From the NCBI GenBank assembly GCA_032718475.1, contig JAUCBJ010005876.1, positions 1-64,000 of the forward strand: a DNA stretch of 64,000 nt. The letters run 5' to 3'. Both the position numbers and the translations under genes were made by a program. The notes beneath the pieces are model-generated. The model was not told where the DNA came from. It saw only the letters and a program-made list of their open reading frames with translations, and made no database searches. This document shows, one piece after another, positions 12,841 to 24,997 of the stretch (its first letter is position 1; each line of letters opens with the position of its first letter). Source of the stretch: Nemertoderma westbladi. Its lineage: Eukaryota > Animalia > Xenacoelomorpha.

Positions 12841-13900
12841 TAACAAGCTGGCAAGCCTGGAAGGTTCACGGTCCTCCTACTTAATCAGTACAATAATAAT
12901 ACGTTTTCGTTCGGGTAGGCCTATGTTTCCTTTTCACTTGTTCCCATCGTAGGCGACCTCATGCTCATCCCACCACGACCACGACCACCAGTTACGAGTT
13001 GGGTAGGCGTCTACCGGCAACCGGTAAGTAATTACGCGCCACACGACGTCATCCCGCCATCCGCCAACATTTATACCGGTACGGTAAGCCTACCACCTAC
13101 CGGCTGGCTACCATCGCACCGTAGGACTACCGCCTACGCCTACCGGTCAACCGGTAACGGTAGGCTACCGCGTACCGGTACAGCGGTACTCAAAGTCGTA
13201 CCGGTATTGTCGTAATTGACAAATGCAGGATTAAACCGTAACCCGTTCCAGTACCATATGCATCTGAACGACTGGACGGTTAATCTCATAGCATAGCTGC
13301 ATAGGCCTACCGGTAGTCAGTGCGAAGTCGCCTGCGAACATGGCAAAATATTATATTTACTGCTAGGGCTAGGCTAGGACCTACTGCTGTACTGACCTAT
13401 GACAGTATGAAGATAGGCAGATAGGCCTACCTGCCTACAGTGGTCAGGTAGTACCGGTCCGGTATGCCTACTACAGGCAGACAATCAGACAGTACTAGCA
13501 GTGCTAATTAATTACCTTAATTAAATCTTCAATTAGGTCATAATGTAGGTCCAAATTTAAAAATCGGCCTCCGTTAATCGATTTAGAAATAATTCAGGTA
13601 CCTCCATGCCAAATATCAGAATCATTCATTGCGTTCCCTATGACAAGATAGCTTTTTCCTAAACCATGCGAAAACACGCAAATATAGCGCTCACATCGCA
13701 CAAATACCATCTCGACACCCAATTTTTTGTATGAGCCTTCGCCATCCCTATATCTAACTTTTGTCCAAATTTTGTTTCGATTGATTAATAAATAACTGAG
13801 ATATCGCTCTGGACACACACACACACTAACACACACACACACACACACACACACATTACGGTAATAATGGTCACCTATGTCAAGGACCGTGAACCAATAA
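12841..13900 (+). mobile_element. Helentron-associated (HINE/DINE-1-like) non-autonomous element
   Basis: 5' AACAAG; subterminal inverted repeat GGTTCACGGTCCT (12863-12875) / AGGACCGTGAACC (13883-13895); (CA)n microsatellite just before the 3' end. Confidence 0.65.
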
Positions 13901-14849
13901 CTAGGGATGCGATCAATATGTGAAGCCAGGTGGTTTATATAATAATATAGTCAACGCAGTTCTCGTCTTCTTTATATGCCTCGTTGCGCTCGTCGCTTGT
14001 CCTGTTTTGTCATAAAATATTTTTCCTAAACGCAGACTGACGATCTTTATACAGTTATAACTATGCGAAGTTTCGAAACTGTGCGAGTAACTGTTGATAC
14101 ATCTATGTGGAGATGTGTGATATGTGGAGATGTGTGATACAACGCCAACGCATCTTATGCCGATGTAGTAATATGGGTATTGAAATAATATTAAATCAAT
14201 GTACACTCTTAAAGCTGCAGCGAAAAAATGTAGCTAATTTCCTAGGTTACATATAAAATAATAATATTATTTTTAAGAACATTAATTTTACTACTTTGCA
14301 AAAATTCAATTAAAAAATAACCAGACCACATTGTGGAATAAACTATTTCAGAAGAACTATTTCAGCCATGCCATGGATTGTATTTATGTTATTATATCTG
14401 TCATTTACCTGAGATAGCAATACAACACTTATAGTAGAGTCAATAGTCAATTCCTCTCTGGTTAGTCTACAGCCACAACTCCCAGCTAGCTCCACACCAG
14501 CAGAGACTTGACCAATAATCATTCCCAGCACCTGGCTGCCTTAACACACATCCTTCCATCCTACCAGCATGTTAGCCAATAAATGAGCAGTATTTAATGA
14601 GAATCAATTTTTTACACCGTTTTAATTACTTTAGATCAATTAAAGACACAATTATTAAAGCAAATCACTTGAACTAATTAAAAACTATTATAGAATGGCG
14701 TATGTGGATTACATCTGTATAATTTTTAAGTATAATTATTTAAATCTTATACTTTAAAACAATTAATTTCCTTTAAAAGGCAGGTTGAAAATGGTGCTTT
14801 ACCGTAATCAACTTAATTAACTAATTAACTGCTATTATCTTAGCTTCTC

Positions 14850-15060
14850 GAAGGCCACACGGAAATTCTACTTGGAAAATTTCTAAACTTTTGCCAAACA
14901 ACATGTGTACCAAGTTTGGATAGATTTCATCAAAGATTGGCCGAGTTATTAACGTTTAAAATTGAACGCGACAGAACGACAGAACGACAGAACGACAGAA
15001 CGACAGGTTGATTAATGGTACCACTACGCTAAGGCTCACTCACTTCGTGGCTCGCCCCAC
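14850..15060 (+). mobile_element. 3' part of another HINE-like element
   Basis: (GACAGAAC)n microsatellite followed by an imperfect GC hairpin-like end. Confidence 0.4.
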
Positions 15061-15343
15061 ATTGCAGACATTATAGGCCTAGCTGCTGTAAATAGACATT
15101 AAATCTTGGAATAATAATTTTAGAGGTATTCAAGTGCAATTCACGAGGCAATTCAATGCCAACCTGTTGTGTTACCGGATGAAAATCTCTCCATGAGAAT
15201 TTGAGACAAATCAGCTGGTTTCAGCCTCCAGAAAGGTAACCGACAGACATGACAAATGATTCGGGCGGCTTTGGCATGTCAAAATCGCGTAATGGTTTAT
15301 ATAAATCATTGAATAGAATTTATTTAATTTCAAGAATTCAAAT

Positions 15344-15630
15344 AAATTTACTGCTGCCCAGCCTCCTACATTGGCCGTACCATACGACACCTTGGCAAAC
15401 GCATTGAGGAACACACTGGTAAAACCTACCGCACGGGTAGGTTCTCTGCCCCTAAAGATTCCGCTATTTTCGACCATTCTATTTCCTGTGATCACCCTAT
15501 TCTTACTGATAATTTCAAAATTCTCGCAACTGGCAAAGATATTCTAGAACTCAATATTAAAGAAACACTTTACATCCGTTCACAAAGCCCCTCCCTCAAT
15601 GACCACACCACGTCCATTGATTTCCTTCTA
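15344..15630 (+). mobile_element. Penelope-like GIY-YIG fragment, copy 2 (YIG motif intact)
   Basis: Reads CCPASYIGRTIRHLGKRIEEHTG…SQSPSLN in one frame; no start codon and no upstream GIY. Confidence 0.82.
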
Positions 15631-15989
15631 CAGTACTACAGAACAGATCAGACAGCAGACTGTCTGATACGTGTTAAATATTGTGTTTTCCATTTATAGT
15701 ATTTGATATCCATCCGTTAAGTATTTATTGTTCGCCAGTATTTAGAAGCTTTATCAGATCATCGCAACAATAATAATAAAGAAATAAGTTTATCATAAAT
15801 TACCTACAAGTCCTCATTTACTTTCTTCTAAAATAATATGAATGATACAATTACTATAATAAGTGATATTTTCAAGTTAAATCATATGTAATAACAAGTT
15901 ATTTTTCAGTAAATACACTCTTCGACTTAGGATTACTAGTAATTGCTTGTATATAAACTTATATATAAGACACACTGGATGCAGAATGT

Positions 15990-16178
15990 ATCGCTTCTCG
16001 GCCTTTTGGCTAAGATCATGTGTAGTATCTGTTCTTGTCAGCTTAATATCTGGCACACTGCTCACTGAGCAGTTCCAATATTAAACTGATTTTTGCAGTG
16101 CGGCTGTGAGTAAGGGGCTTGCTCCACTCCAGCCACGGGTTGGCCTGGTATTGCACTGCCTCCAGGTCCGGCCCACAC
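15990..16178 (+). ncRNA. RNU2: U2 spliceosomal snRNA, copy 2
   Basis: Appears identical by eye to 10884-11072. Confidence 0.96.
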
Positions 16179-16721
16179 CCACCTTCGGGTGGGTGTCACA
16201 ATAACTATATCATAGGAAACTTTGCCATGGAGATGCGCCGAAGTATTCTTGTTTGTTTTCCTGTTACACAACCCCCCCCCCCCCCCCCCCCCACCCCATT
16301 CCTGTTACCCACATGTTACCAGCTAGACTTGTGTTTATTAGGAACAGATAGTTGTTTATTTAGCCCATTGATGTTTGTCTCTTAATAAGCCTAGAGTTGT
16401 CCGTTTTTATCTCCGTTACAGTATAATTCATGTTAGCATTGTTTGATTGTTCAATGTTTTCTAGTCCACGTGAGTGACTCATACCGTCTTGTATATCATT
16501 TAGTTCAGCCAATATGGTATATTAATGTCGCCATTGTTACTATTTACATAAAAATCGACATAATTTACATTATAATTTATTATGCGACATATTATACTAT
16601 AATAGGAGGAAAGACCCCAGAAGTTTTTATCTTATTATACGATTGTTACTATTAACCATTATAATGTTCTCTAATTTCTTATTCCTAACTGTTATTTTCG
16701 TAGGACTATAATGTCTGTCTG

Positions 16722-16852
16722 TCCAGGATTTGGAAGTCCCATAGAATAAAACAGAATCTTAAGGTTCTTTTATTTATGGCAGTAGTAGTACCAGTACACT
16801 TATATAGGAGTCCATGCTGGGCTCCAACTGCAGAGGATACTAAATCTCTGGA
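16722..16852 (+). mobile_element. Degenerate internal fragment of the RTE-like LINE
   Basis: Similar to 18846-18977 (SRIWKS…YGSPCWA…DTKSLD). Confidence 0.75.
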
Positions 16853-16940
16853 TTATTGATAGTAACAATGTGTTGGCAAGCTGTATTTTTCGAGGTGTTT
16901 TGCTGGCTTTGAAATTAATACTCCATATCTCTAGAACCTG

Positions 16941-17035
16941 TGGCCTAGTGGTTGTAGTCTCGGCTTCCACCTCGAGGTCCCAGGTTCGAATCCGACTCCA
17001 CGCTCATGAGACCCAGTAAGGTCGAAACGCGTACG
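16941..17035 (+). ncRNA. tRNA-type Pol III head fused to a minimal hammerhead-like motif (SINE/retrozyme-like, probably inactive)
   Basis: A box TGGCCTAGTGG 16941-16951, B box GGTTCGAATCC 16983-16993, then CTCATGA-GACC-cagtaa-GGTC-GAAAC-GC-GTA at 17003-17033. Confidence 0.6.
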
Positions 17036-17074
17036 CCTCCAGAAAGGTAACGTAAAGGTAACAAGGATCTTGTG

Positions 17075-17260
17075 TGACAGGCATCCAAAATGGTTTTCGT
17101 TTCCTAAAGATTAGAGGCATCTTGGAGCTCATTTTGCTACTCAGAAACATCATCAGAAGGGACTTGGCGAGACTACCTGCACGGGAAGGCAGACAATCTG
17201 TCATGCTCTTGACTTCTCTGTAGACTTGTTCACCGCATTCGACAATACAGTACGTCATGA
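17075..17260 (+). mobile_element. Old, degenerate LINE reverse-transcriptase fragment (partly repeated at 10037-10145)
   Basis: Translates QNGFR…ILELILLLRNII and, after a frameshift, VDLFTAFD (RT motif-like). Confidence 0.55.
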
Positions 17261-17549
17261 CAGACATGACAAATGATTCGGGCGGCTTTGGCATGTCAAA
17301 ATCGCGTAATGATTTATATAAATCATTGAATATAATTTATTTAATTTCAAAAATTCAAATAAATTTACATTTACACGGATCAAGATAAACTATGGAACAA
17401 CTGAGTTAGTTAACTGGATGATCACCAGTACATTCTGGGCAATATTTGAATTCTGATATTTAATATTATCCAATTCCCACTCTACAAGAAGGAGTGTACT
17501 CTGTTATACTCGCAGCAGTAGTCGTAATACGGCGTACTCTGTTAATTTA

Positions 17550-19372
17550 CAACAGGTTGATGCCATCAATGATGCTGACGACAGCAGGCAATCATCCCAG
17601 GCATGGAGATCGATCAACTTGCTTGCTGGTCGAAAAAGCCAACCAACCACCAAGGTTAAGGCTGAATCACCAGCCGATCGCCTCAATGGTTGGAAGGCCC
17701 ACTTTGAAAAGCTCCTCAATAATGACAGGGTATACCTGATAACTTTATAGAAGTAAAAGTGTCTGAGTCTGTACTCCCAGATATTCCCATTGGTGATATC
17801 TCCTTTGCAGAAGTGAAGGCTGCTGCAAAGAGCATTAAGACCAATCGTGCCAGTGGAGTAGATGGTGTTCCCCCTGAGGTCTTTAAAATACCTGAGTGTT
17901 TAAAGCTCATCTATCCCATCATAGTAGACATGTACCGAACAACAAGAGTCCCACAAGAAATGAAAACAAATAAGTTGGTGCCAGTTCCCAAGAAGGGCAA
18001 CCTAACACTCTATGGTTCTTTTCGGGGAATCTCATTGATCTCGATTGCTGCAAAGCTATACAATAGAATTCTATTAAATCGTATCTGGGATCCCATTGAG
18101 AGACTGCTCCGTGGAAATCAGAATGGGTTCCGTAAAGGTCGTGGGACCATGGAGCCCATTTTGGCACTTAGAAGGATAATTTAAGAGTTATTAAAAAAGA
18201 AAGACAGGCATCTCGCTGTTATCTCTTCAAGGCCTTTGATTCAGTCTCTCGCTCACGTATGTTCAGCATACTTTCATTATATGGGATTCCTGATGAAATT
18301 ATTGCAGCAATCAGATCAGTATACGATGGTTCGACAACATTTGTGTCTACTGTTGACGGTGACACAGAACCATTTGAAGTATTATGGGGAGTCCTCCAGG
18401 GAGACACACTTGCACCATTCTTCTTCATAATTGTGGTTGACTATATTCTACGCATGTCCTTAGATCATCATAATGATGATGGGGTGATGATAACTCCACC
18501 TACTGGCTCCAGAAGTCGAGGAAATCCTGCCAAGTACCTAACTGATCTAGACTTTGCTGATGACTTAGGAGTACTTTCAGAATCACTAGAGGGAGCCCAA
18601 CGGCTCCTCAGCTCATTAGAACATGCTGCTTCTAGTGTTGGTCTTTTTATTAACTCCAGAAAGACCAAAATTTTGACAGTTAACTTTGAAAGTCCTCAGC
18701 AAGTCTCTGATCGGATGAGCATAAGCTCAAAAGATGGTATGCTTGAGCATGTGGATGACTTCTGTTACCTGGGATCATGGATCCGGAAGTCAGGTGAGGG
18801 CCTTCGAATACGTAAGGGAAAGGCATGGGCAGCCTTGAATAGGCTTTCCAGGATTTGGAAGTCACCGAGAATTAATCGGAAACTTAAGGTCCGATTATTT
18901 AGAGCAGCAGTAGTTCCAGTACTCCTCTATGGGAGTCCATGCTGGGCTCTAACTGCTGAGGACACCAAATCTCTGGATGGCACATTCACAAGAATGCTAC
19001 GCCGGGTTCATTGTGTCAAGTACAATGCACACATCTCCAACCAGACACTATATAACATTGGAGGTGTCTCATTGGTTCCCCCAAGCTTGACACTAGAACA
19101 AAATCGCCTCCGCTTTGCAGGACATTGCTTTCGCCGTGAGGACCAACCAGTGCATAATCTTGTACTTTGGCAGCCTCATGGAGTGAATAAGCATGGTGGA
19201 CAGCCCATGACTTTCTTGAGACGCATCTTAAAGGACACTGGCCTTGAAGATGCGGATGATCTAGCAAATGTCATGGGTGATAGGGAGTTGTGGCGGTGCA
19301 ATTTTGTCGATAAGCCGGCACAGCATTCTTAAAAATGCAGCTGCAATGCAGCATGCCGATCCTAGTAGTAGT
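17550..19372 (+). mobile_element. 5'-truncated RTE-clade non-LTR retrotransposon; RT disrupted by a stop and small deletion near 18180-18230
   Basis: Motifs VPVPKKG, FRGISL, QNGFRKGR, GVLQGDTLAP, LDFADD, FCYLGS, LLYGS, RLRFAGH; (TAG)n tail; no endonuclease domain retained. Confidence 0.93.
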
Positions 19373-21248
19373 GATTATAAAGTATTTACTTTCATTCGTC
19401 ACCCAGAAGAGACTTCATGTTGCCTCCGGTGGTGTTTCGTGTTTCACGATGTTCCCCTTCTTCATTCTATCTTTCTTAGTTGACAATTCCCAAAGATGTA
19501 CCACATAAGATCTCCAACAGGATCCCTTCTCGATCTTGCATTTAGTATATAGCTTAGCTCGTTAGCTGTTTAATCGATGTCGGTCAGATTCATGAAAAAT
19601 AAACAGGTAAACATTTGAGTCTTACACCCCGCAAAACTAACAAAAAACATAGAATCAGGACATCAACGCCCAAAATAGTGCTCAGCCACTAGGGCCATCA
19701 AAAACCACAAACAATACAAAAAAACATATTAAACATGCTCCACATACAAGTGTTATATATATATACAGTAAGCCCCTTGTTAGTCAGTATGTCGCGGTTA
19801 ATTAAAGATTCATGAAAGTGATCCTTATAATTAGGTTTATGTTCTTTGGGACCACAACCACCCGATGGTTGTCCATCTTTCTTGTGGTGTGGTGCAATCT
19901 TAGTGTGAGAGAGTCTTGGATAATGTGGTGAATTAACCGGTCGTAGAATTCGGTTTTCAGTTCAGTTTCACTCAGTACAAATTGGATCCGATAGTACAGA
20001 TTTATCCAGAGAATAATAATCTAGGGTAGGGCACATTTTTGCTGAAACAGGAGGACACATCTCATATCGTACACAGGTATTATAGCATATATTTCAGTTT
20101 AAAGTAATGATATAATATTGGTCCACAATGTCCCGAAGATCGTATTAATTCGCTCCAATTAAGAGATTTAACTAGCCTCTGGTGCTGTCTGTGGCTACTC
20201 ATTGTCCCTCCACGGTAGTACCGGTACTGCATCCCTTCTGCCCTCCAACTATAAACATTCCTGGCCCTTTAATCGCTACCCTTTACGTGATGTTGGTAAA
20301 TCCCCGCTAAACTGGATATAATCGCGGTAGATATTTCAGGACAGATAGGCTACATTCTCGCCTACTGATAAACAGACGAGGGATGCATGCCATTAAATAT
20401 TCTTGGCTCGTAGTGATTTTAAGTTTAGAAATGGGATAATAGATATCCTTATAAGTGTTAATTATTGAAACCTAGTTGATTATAGAGATGGCATTGTGAC
20501 AATAGATATGTACAAAGGGCACCTATTGCTTGAACGGTTTCAGAAAATTATCTTCTTAAGTTTATCAATGGCAATCAATGAGGCTTCTGCAAGATGTGGG
20601 CTGAACTATTGCGCACATTTTTTTCCTTGTATTGGTTGGTACTCATGTGTTGGTTATTTCGTACATTATTTTGATAATGAACATAACATGATTTAGGATA
20701 ATGTTATAGGACAATAGGATCCTCATATATATAGCCATCATCAGCGACAAGTTTCATTATCAGTTCTATGGCCTTATATGGATTTATTTTAGATACGGAT
20801 AAAAAACATGATAGGTACGTAATTTATGATACTGATAATAGGAAAATAATTATTTCATCACATTGTATAACAAGGTGCAGTACAATAGAACAAACATATA
20901 ATATTATATTATATTCGTATAGTGCAGCACGGTAAATATAAATTAATAAAAAAATCATCAATTTACCAAACACCCAGTAATATGGTTAGGAAATAAATGA
21001 AGTTTATATAAAATTTAACGTTCTCTTACGTATCATAGTTAAAGAAACAAACCGAAACTTTCAAACATTGACTCCTAAATTTAAACTGCCAAATGTGTTG
21101 TCGTCAAAAAAAATTTTATTATTAACAATTTTGCATCAAAATTATTTTTAGATCCGCCTAGCGAGACCTCTAGTATTCACTCCCTTGTTGTTATTTTTGG
21201 TGGTGTTGTTAATTTCCAGTAGGGTTTTAGTATAATAAGGCTTCATAC

Positions 21249-21316
21249 GGCGCAGTGGAGAAGTTGGTAGAGCGTTGGCCTTGGAATCTCTAGGTACCGA
21301 GTTCAATCCTTTCCGG
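21249..21316 (+). other. tRNA-like (A/B box) segment abutting the 52-bp array
   Basis: TGGAGAAGTTGGTAGAGCG … B box GAGTTCAATCC at 21299-21309; cloverleaf degenerate. Confidence 0.5.
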
Positions 21317-21339
21317 TGAATTTGTTTTTTGTAGTAAAA

Positions 21340-24318
21340 TTGGTAGTAAGCCATTCGAGGAGACAGTTTATGCGTTAGTAGAAGCGGACCTTTGGTAGTA
21401 AGCCATTCGAGGAGACAGTTTATGCGTTAGTAGACGCGACCTTTGCTAGTAAGCCATTCGAGGAGACAGTTTATGCGTTAGTAGACGCGGACCTTTGGTT
21501 GTAAGCCATTCGAGGAGACAGTTTATGCGTTAGTAGACGCGGACCTTTGGTAGTAAGCCATTCGAGGAGACAGTTTATGCGTTAGTAGACGCGGACCTTT
21601 GGTAGTAAGCCATTCGAGTAGACAGTTTATGCGTTAGTAGACGCGACCTTTGCTAGTAAGCCATTCGAGGAGACAGTTTATGCGTTAGTAGACGCGGACC
21701 TTTGGTAGTAAGCCATTCGATGAGACAGTTTATGCGTTAGTAGACGCGGACCTTTGGTAGTAAGCCATTCGAGGAGACAGTTTATGCGTTAGTAGACGCG
21801 GACCTTTGGTAGTAAGCCATTCGAGGAGACGTTTATGCGTTAGTAGACGCGACCTTTGCTAGTAAGCCATTCGAGGAGACAGTTTATGCGTTAGTAGACG
21901 CAGACCTTTGGTAGTAAGCCATTCGAGGAGACAGTTTATGCGTTAGTAGACGCGGACCTTTGGTAGTAAGCCATTCGAGGAGACAGTTTATGCGTTAGTA
22001 GACGCGGACCTTTGGTAGTAAGCCATTCGAGGAGACAGTTTATGCGTTAGTAGACGCGACCTTTGCTAGTAAGCCATTCGAGGAGACAGTTTATGCGTTA
22101 GTAGACGCGGACCTTTGGTAGTAAGCCATTCGAGGAGACAGTTTATGCGTTAGTAGACGCAGACCTTTGGTAGTAAGCCATTCGAGGAGACAGTTTATGC
22201 GTTAGTAGACGCGGACCTTTGGTTGTAAGCCATTCGAGGAGACAGTTTATGCGTTAGTAGACGCCAGTTTATGCGTTAGTAGACGCGACCTTTGGTAGTA
22301 AGCCATTCGAGGAGACAGTTTATGCGTTAGTAGACGCGACCTTTGGTAGTAAGCCATTCGAGGAGACAGTTCATGCGTTAGTAGACGCGGACCTTTGGTA
22401 GTAAGCCATTCGAGGAGACAGTTTATGCGTTAGTAGACGCGGACCTTTGGTATTAAGCCATTCGAGGAGACAGTTTATGCGTTAGTAGACGCGGACCTTT
22501 GCTAGTAAGCCATTCGAGGAGACAGTTTATGCGTTAGTAGACGCAGACCTTTGGTAGTAAGCCATTCGAGGAGACAGTTTATGCGTTAGTAGACGCGGAC
22601 CTTTGGTAGTAAGCCATTCGAGGAGACAGTTTATGCGTTAGTAGACGCGGACCTTTGGTAGTAATCCATTCGAGGAGACAGTTTATGCGTTCGTAGACGC
22701 GACCTTTGGTAGTAAGCCATTCGAGGAGACAGTTTATGCGTTAGTAGACGCGGACCTTTGGTAGTAAGCCATTCGAGGAGACAGTTTATGCGTTAGTAGA
22801 CGCGGACCTTTGGTAGTAAGCCATTCGAGGAGACAGTTTATGCGTTAGTAGACGCGGAACTTTGGTAGTAAGCCATTCGAGGAGACAGTTTATGCGTTAG
22901 TAGACGCAGACCTTTGGTAGTAAGCCATTCGAGGAGACAGTTTATGCGTTAGTAGACGCAGACCTTTGGTAGTAAGCCATTCGAGGAGACAGTTTATGCG
23001 TTAGTAGACGCGGACCTTTGGTAGTAAGCCATTCGAGGAGACAGTTTATGCGTTAGTAGACGCGACCTTTGGTAGTAAGCCATTCGAGGAGACAGTTTAT
23101 GCGTTAGTAGACGCGGACCTTTGGTAGTAAGCCATTCGAGGAGACAGTTTATGCGTTAGTAGACGCGGACCTTTGGTAGTAAGCCATTCGAGGAGACAGT
23201 TTATGCGTTAGTAGACGCGACCTTTGTTAGTAAGCCATTCGAGGAGACAGTTTATGCGTTAGTAGACGCAGACCTTTGGTAGTAAGCCATTCGAGGAGAC
23301 AGTTTATGCGTTAGTAGACGCGGACCTTTGGTAGTAAGCCATTCGAGGAGACAGTTTATGCGTTAGTAGACGCGGACCTTTGGTAGTAAGCCATTCGAGG
23401 AGACAGTTTATGCGTTAGTAGACGCGGACCTTTGGTAGTAAGCCATTCGAGGAGACAGTTTATGCGTTAGTAGACGCGGACCTTTGGTAGTAAGCCATTC
23501 GAGGAGACAGTTTATGCGTTAGTAGACGCGGACCTTTGGTAGTAAGCCATTCGAGGAGACAGTTTATGCGTTAGTAGACGCGGACCTTTGGTAGTAAGCC
23601 ATTCGAGGAGACAGTTTATGCGTTAGTAGACGCGGACCTTTGGTAGTAAGCCATTCGAGGAGACAGTTTATGCGTTAGTAGACGCGGACCTTTGGTAGTA
23701 AGCCATTCGAGGAGACAGTTTATGCGTTAGTAGACGCGGACCTTTGGTAGTAAGCCATTCGAGGAGACAGTTTATGCGTTAGTAGACGCGGACCTTTGGT
23801 AGTAAGCCATTCGAGGACACAGTTTATGCGTTAGTAGACGCGGACCTTTGGTAGTAAGCCATTCGAGGAGACAGTTTATGCGTTAGTAGACGCGGACCTT
23901 TGCTAGTAAGCCATTCGAGGAGACAGTTTATGCGTTAGTAGACGCAGACCTTTGGTAGTAAGCCATTCGAGGAGACAGTTTATGCGTTAGTAGACGCGGA
24001 CCTTTGGTAGTAAGCCATTCAAGGAGACAGTTTATGCGTTAGTAGACGCGGACCTTTGGTAGTAAGCCATTCGAGGAGACAGTTTATGCGTTAGTAGACG
24101 CGGACCTTTGGTAGTAAGCCATTCGAGGAGACAGTTTATGCGTTAGTAGACGCGGACCTTTGGTAGTAAGCCATTCGAGGAGACAGTTTATGCGTTAGTA
24201 GACGCGGACCTTTGGTAGTAAGCCATTCGAGGAGACAGTTTATGCGTTAGTAGACGCGGACCTTTGGTAGTACGCCATTCGAGGAGACAGTTTATGCGTT
24301 AGTAGACGCGGACCTTTG
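21340..24318. repeat. 52-bp tandem satellite, ~57 copies
   Basis: Unit TTTGGTAGTAAGCCATTCGAGGAGACAGTTTATGCGTTAGTAGACGCGGACC; no spacers. Confidence 0.98.
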
Positions 24319-24408
24319 AGCGATGGTTGTGAGCAACGCACTTGTTTTCTTTAAATGTTCGTCTCTAAATTTTATTTTTTCATTAATATAAATTTTATAA
24401 CAGCAAGC

Positions 24409-24997
24409 TATGGTGACCTTGAGCGGCAAGTTTTGAAATTGTTTACTCTGTTGTAACATTTTTTTGTTCTCCCGACTTTTGCAAACTCGTTCGAACGAAT
24501 TTACAAAACTCAGGAAACAAATCTAATTGGTTGGAGTGGTTTCTATATCAACGGACATCCAATCAAGTTTGTTTCCATGATTTAGCCAATCACACTGAAG
24601 CTGCAGTCTCTTGATTACCTTTTTAGCGAATGGGTAAACAGTACCTAGACGAATCTATTTAATATACATTAATGTTGGAAACTTAAAAAATTAAGGTCTA
24701 TTACAGTTTTGAGTTGAACACTTGCATTGGAATTGTCTCATTATTAGAGAAAACTTAATTTGGTGTTTGTTGTTATAGCAACCACTCCAGCCAATTAGAT
24801 TTGTTTCCCCGAGTGTTGTAAAATTGTTCGAACGAGTTCGCAAAAGTCGGGGGAACAAAACAAAGGTTACAAAAAATAAATTTTGGTTTTCCTGAGTTTT
24901 GAAAAAAAAGCACTCCAGCCAATTAGATTTGTACGAGTTTGCAATAGTCGGTGAACAAAAAAAAGATTACAAAAATTGGCCGCTCAGGGCCACCATA
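24409..24997. mobile_element. Foldback MITE with TATGGTG…CACCATA ends and 6-bp TSD (IS3EU-like)
   Basis: Long imperfect inverted repeats; flanks GCAAGC / GCAAAC. Confidence 0.75.

Larger units (their letters stand above)
15242..16622 (+). repeat. Duplicated U2-bearing cassette, copy 2
   Basis: Matches 10137-11520. Confidence 0.93.
21146..24346 (-). mobile_element. HINE/Helentron-like element containing the 52-bp array
   Basis: Minus strand starts AACAAG (24346-24341). AGGTCCGC near the 5' end is inverse to GCGGATCT in a 3' stem-loop (21150-21169) followed by an A-run. Confidence 0.55.

Noticed and set aside
16941-17000. Functional tRNA genes here and at 7355, 21249 and 52437
   Set aside because: A/B boxes are present but acceptor and D stems do not form, so they were treated as SINE-like heads.
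21340-21400. HDV-like ribozyme in the reverse strand of the 52-bp unit (GTC-TCCTCGAAT-GGC resembles P3/L3)
   Set aside because: No P1 or P2 partner strands could be found on the same strand.
21340-24318. CRISPR-like appearance of the 52-, 51- and 101-bp arrays
   Set aside because: Units are head-to-tail with no unique spacers, there are no cas genes, and the context is eukaryotic.
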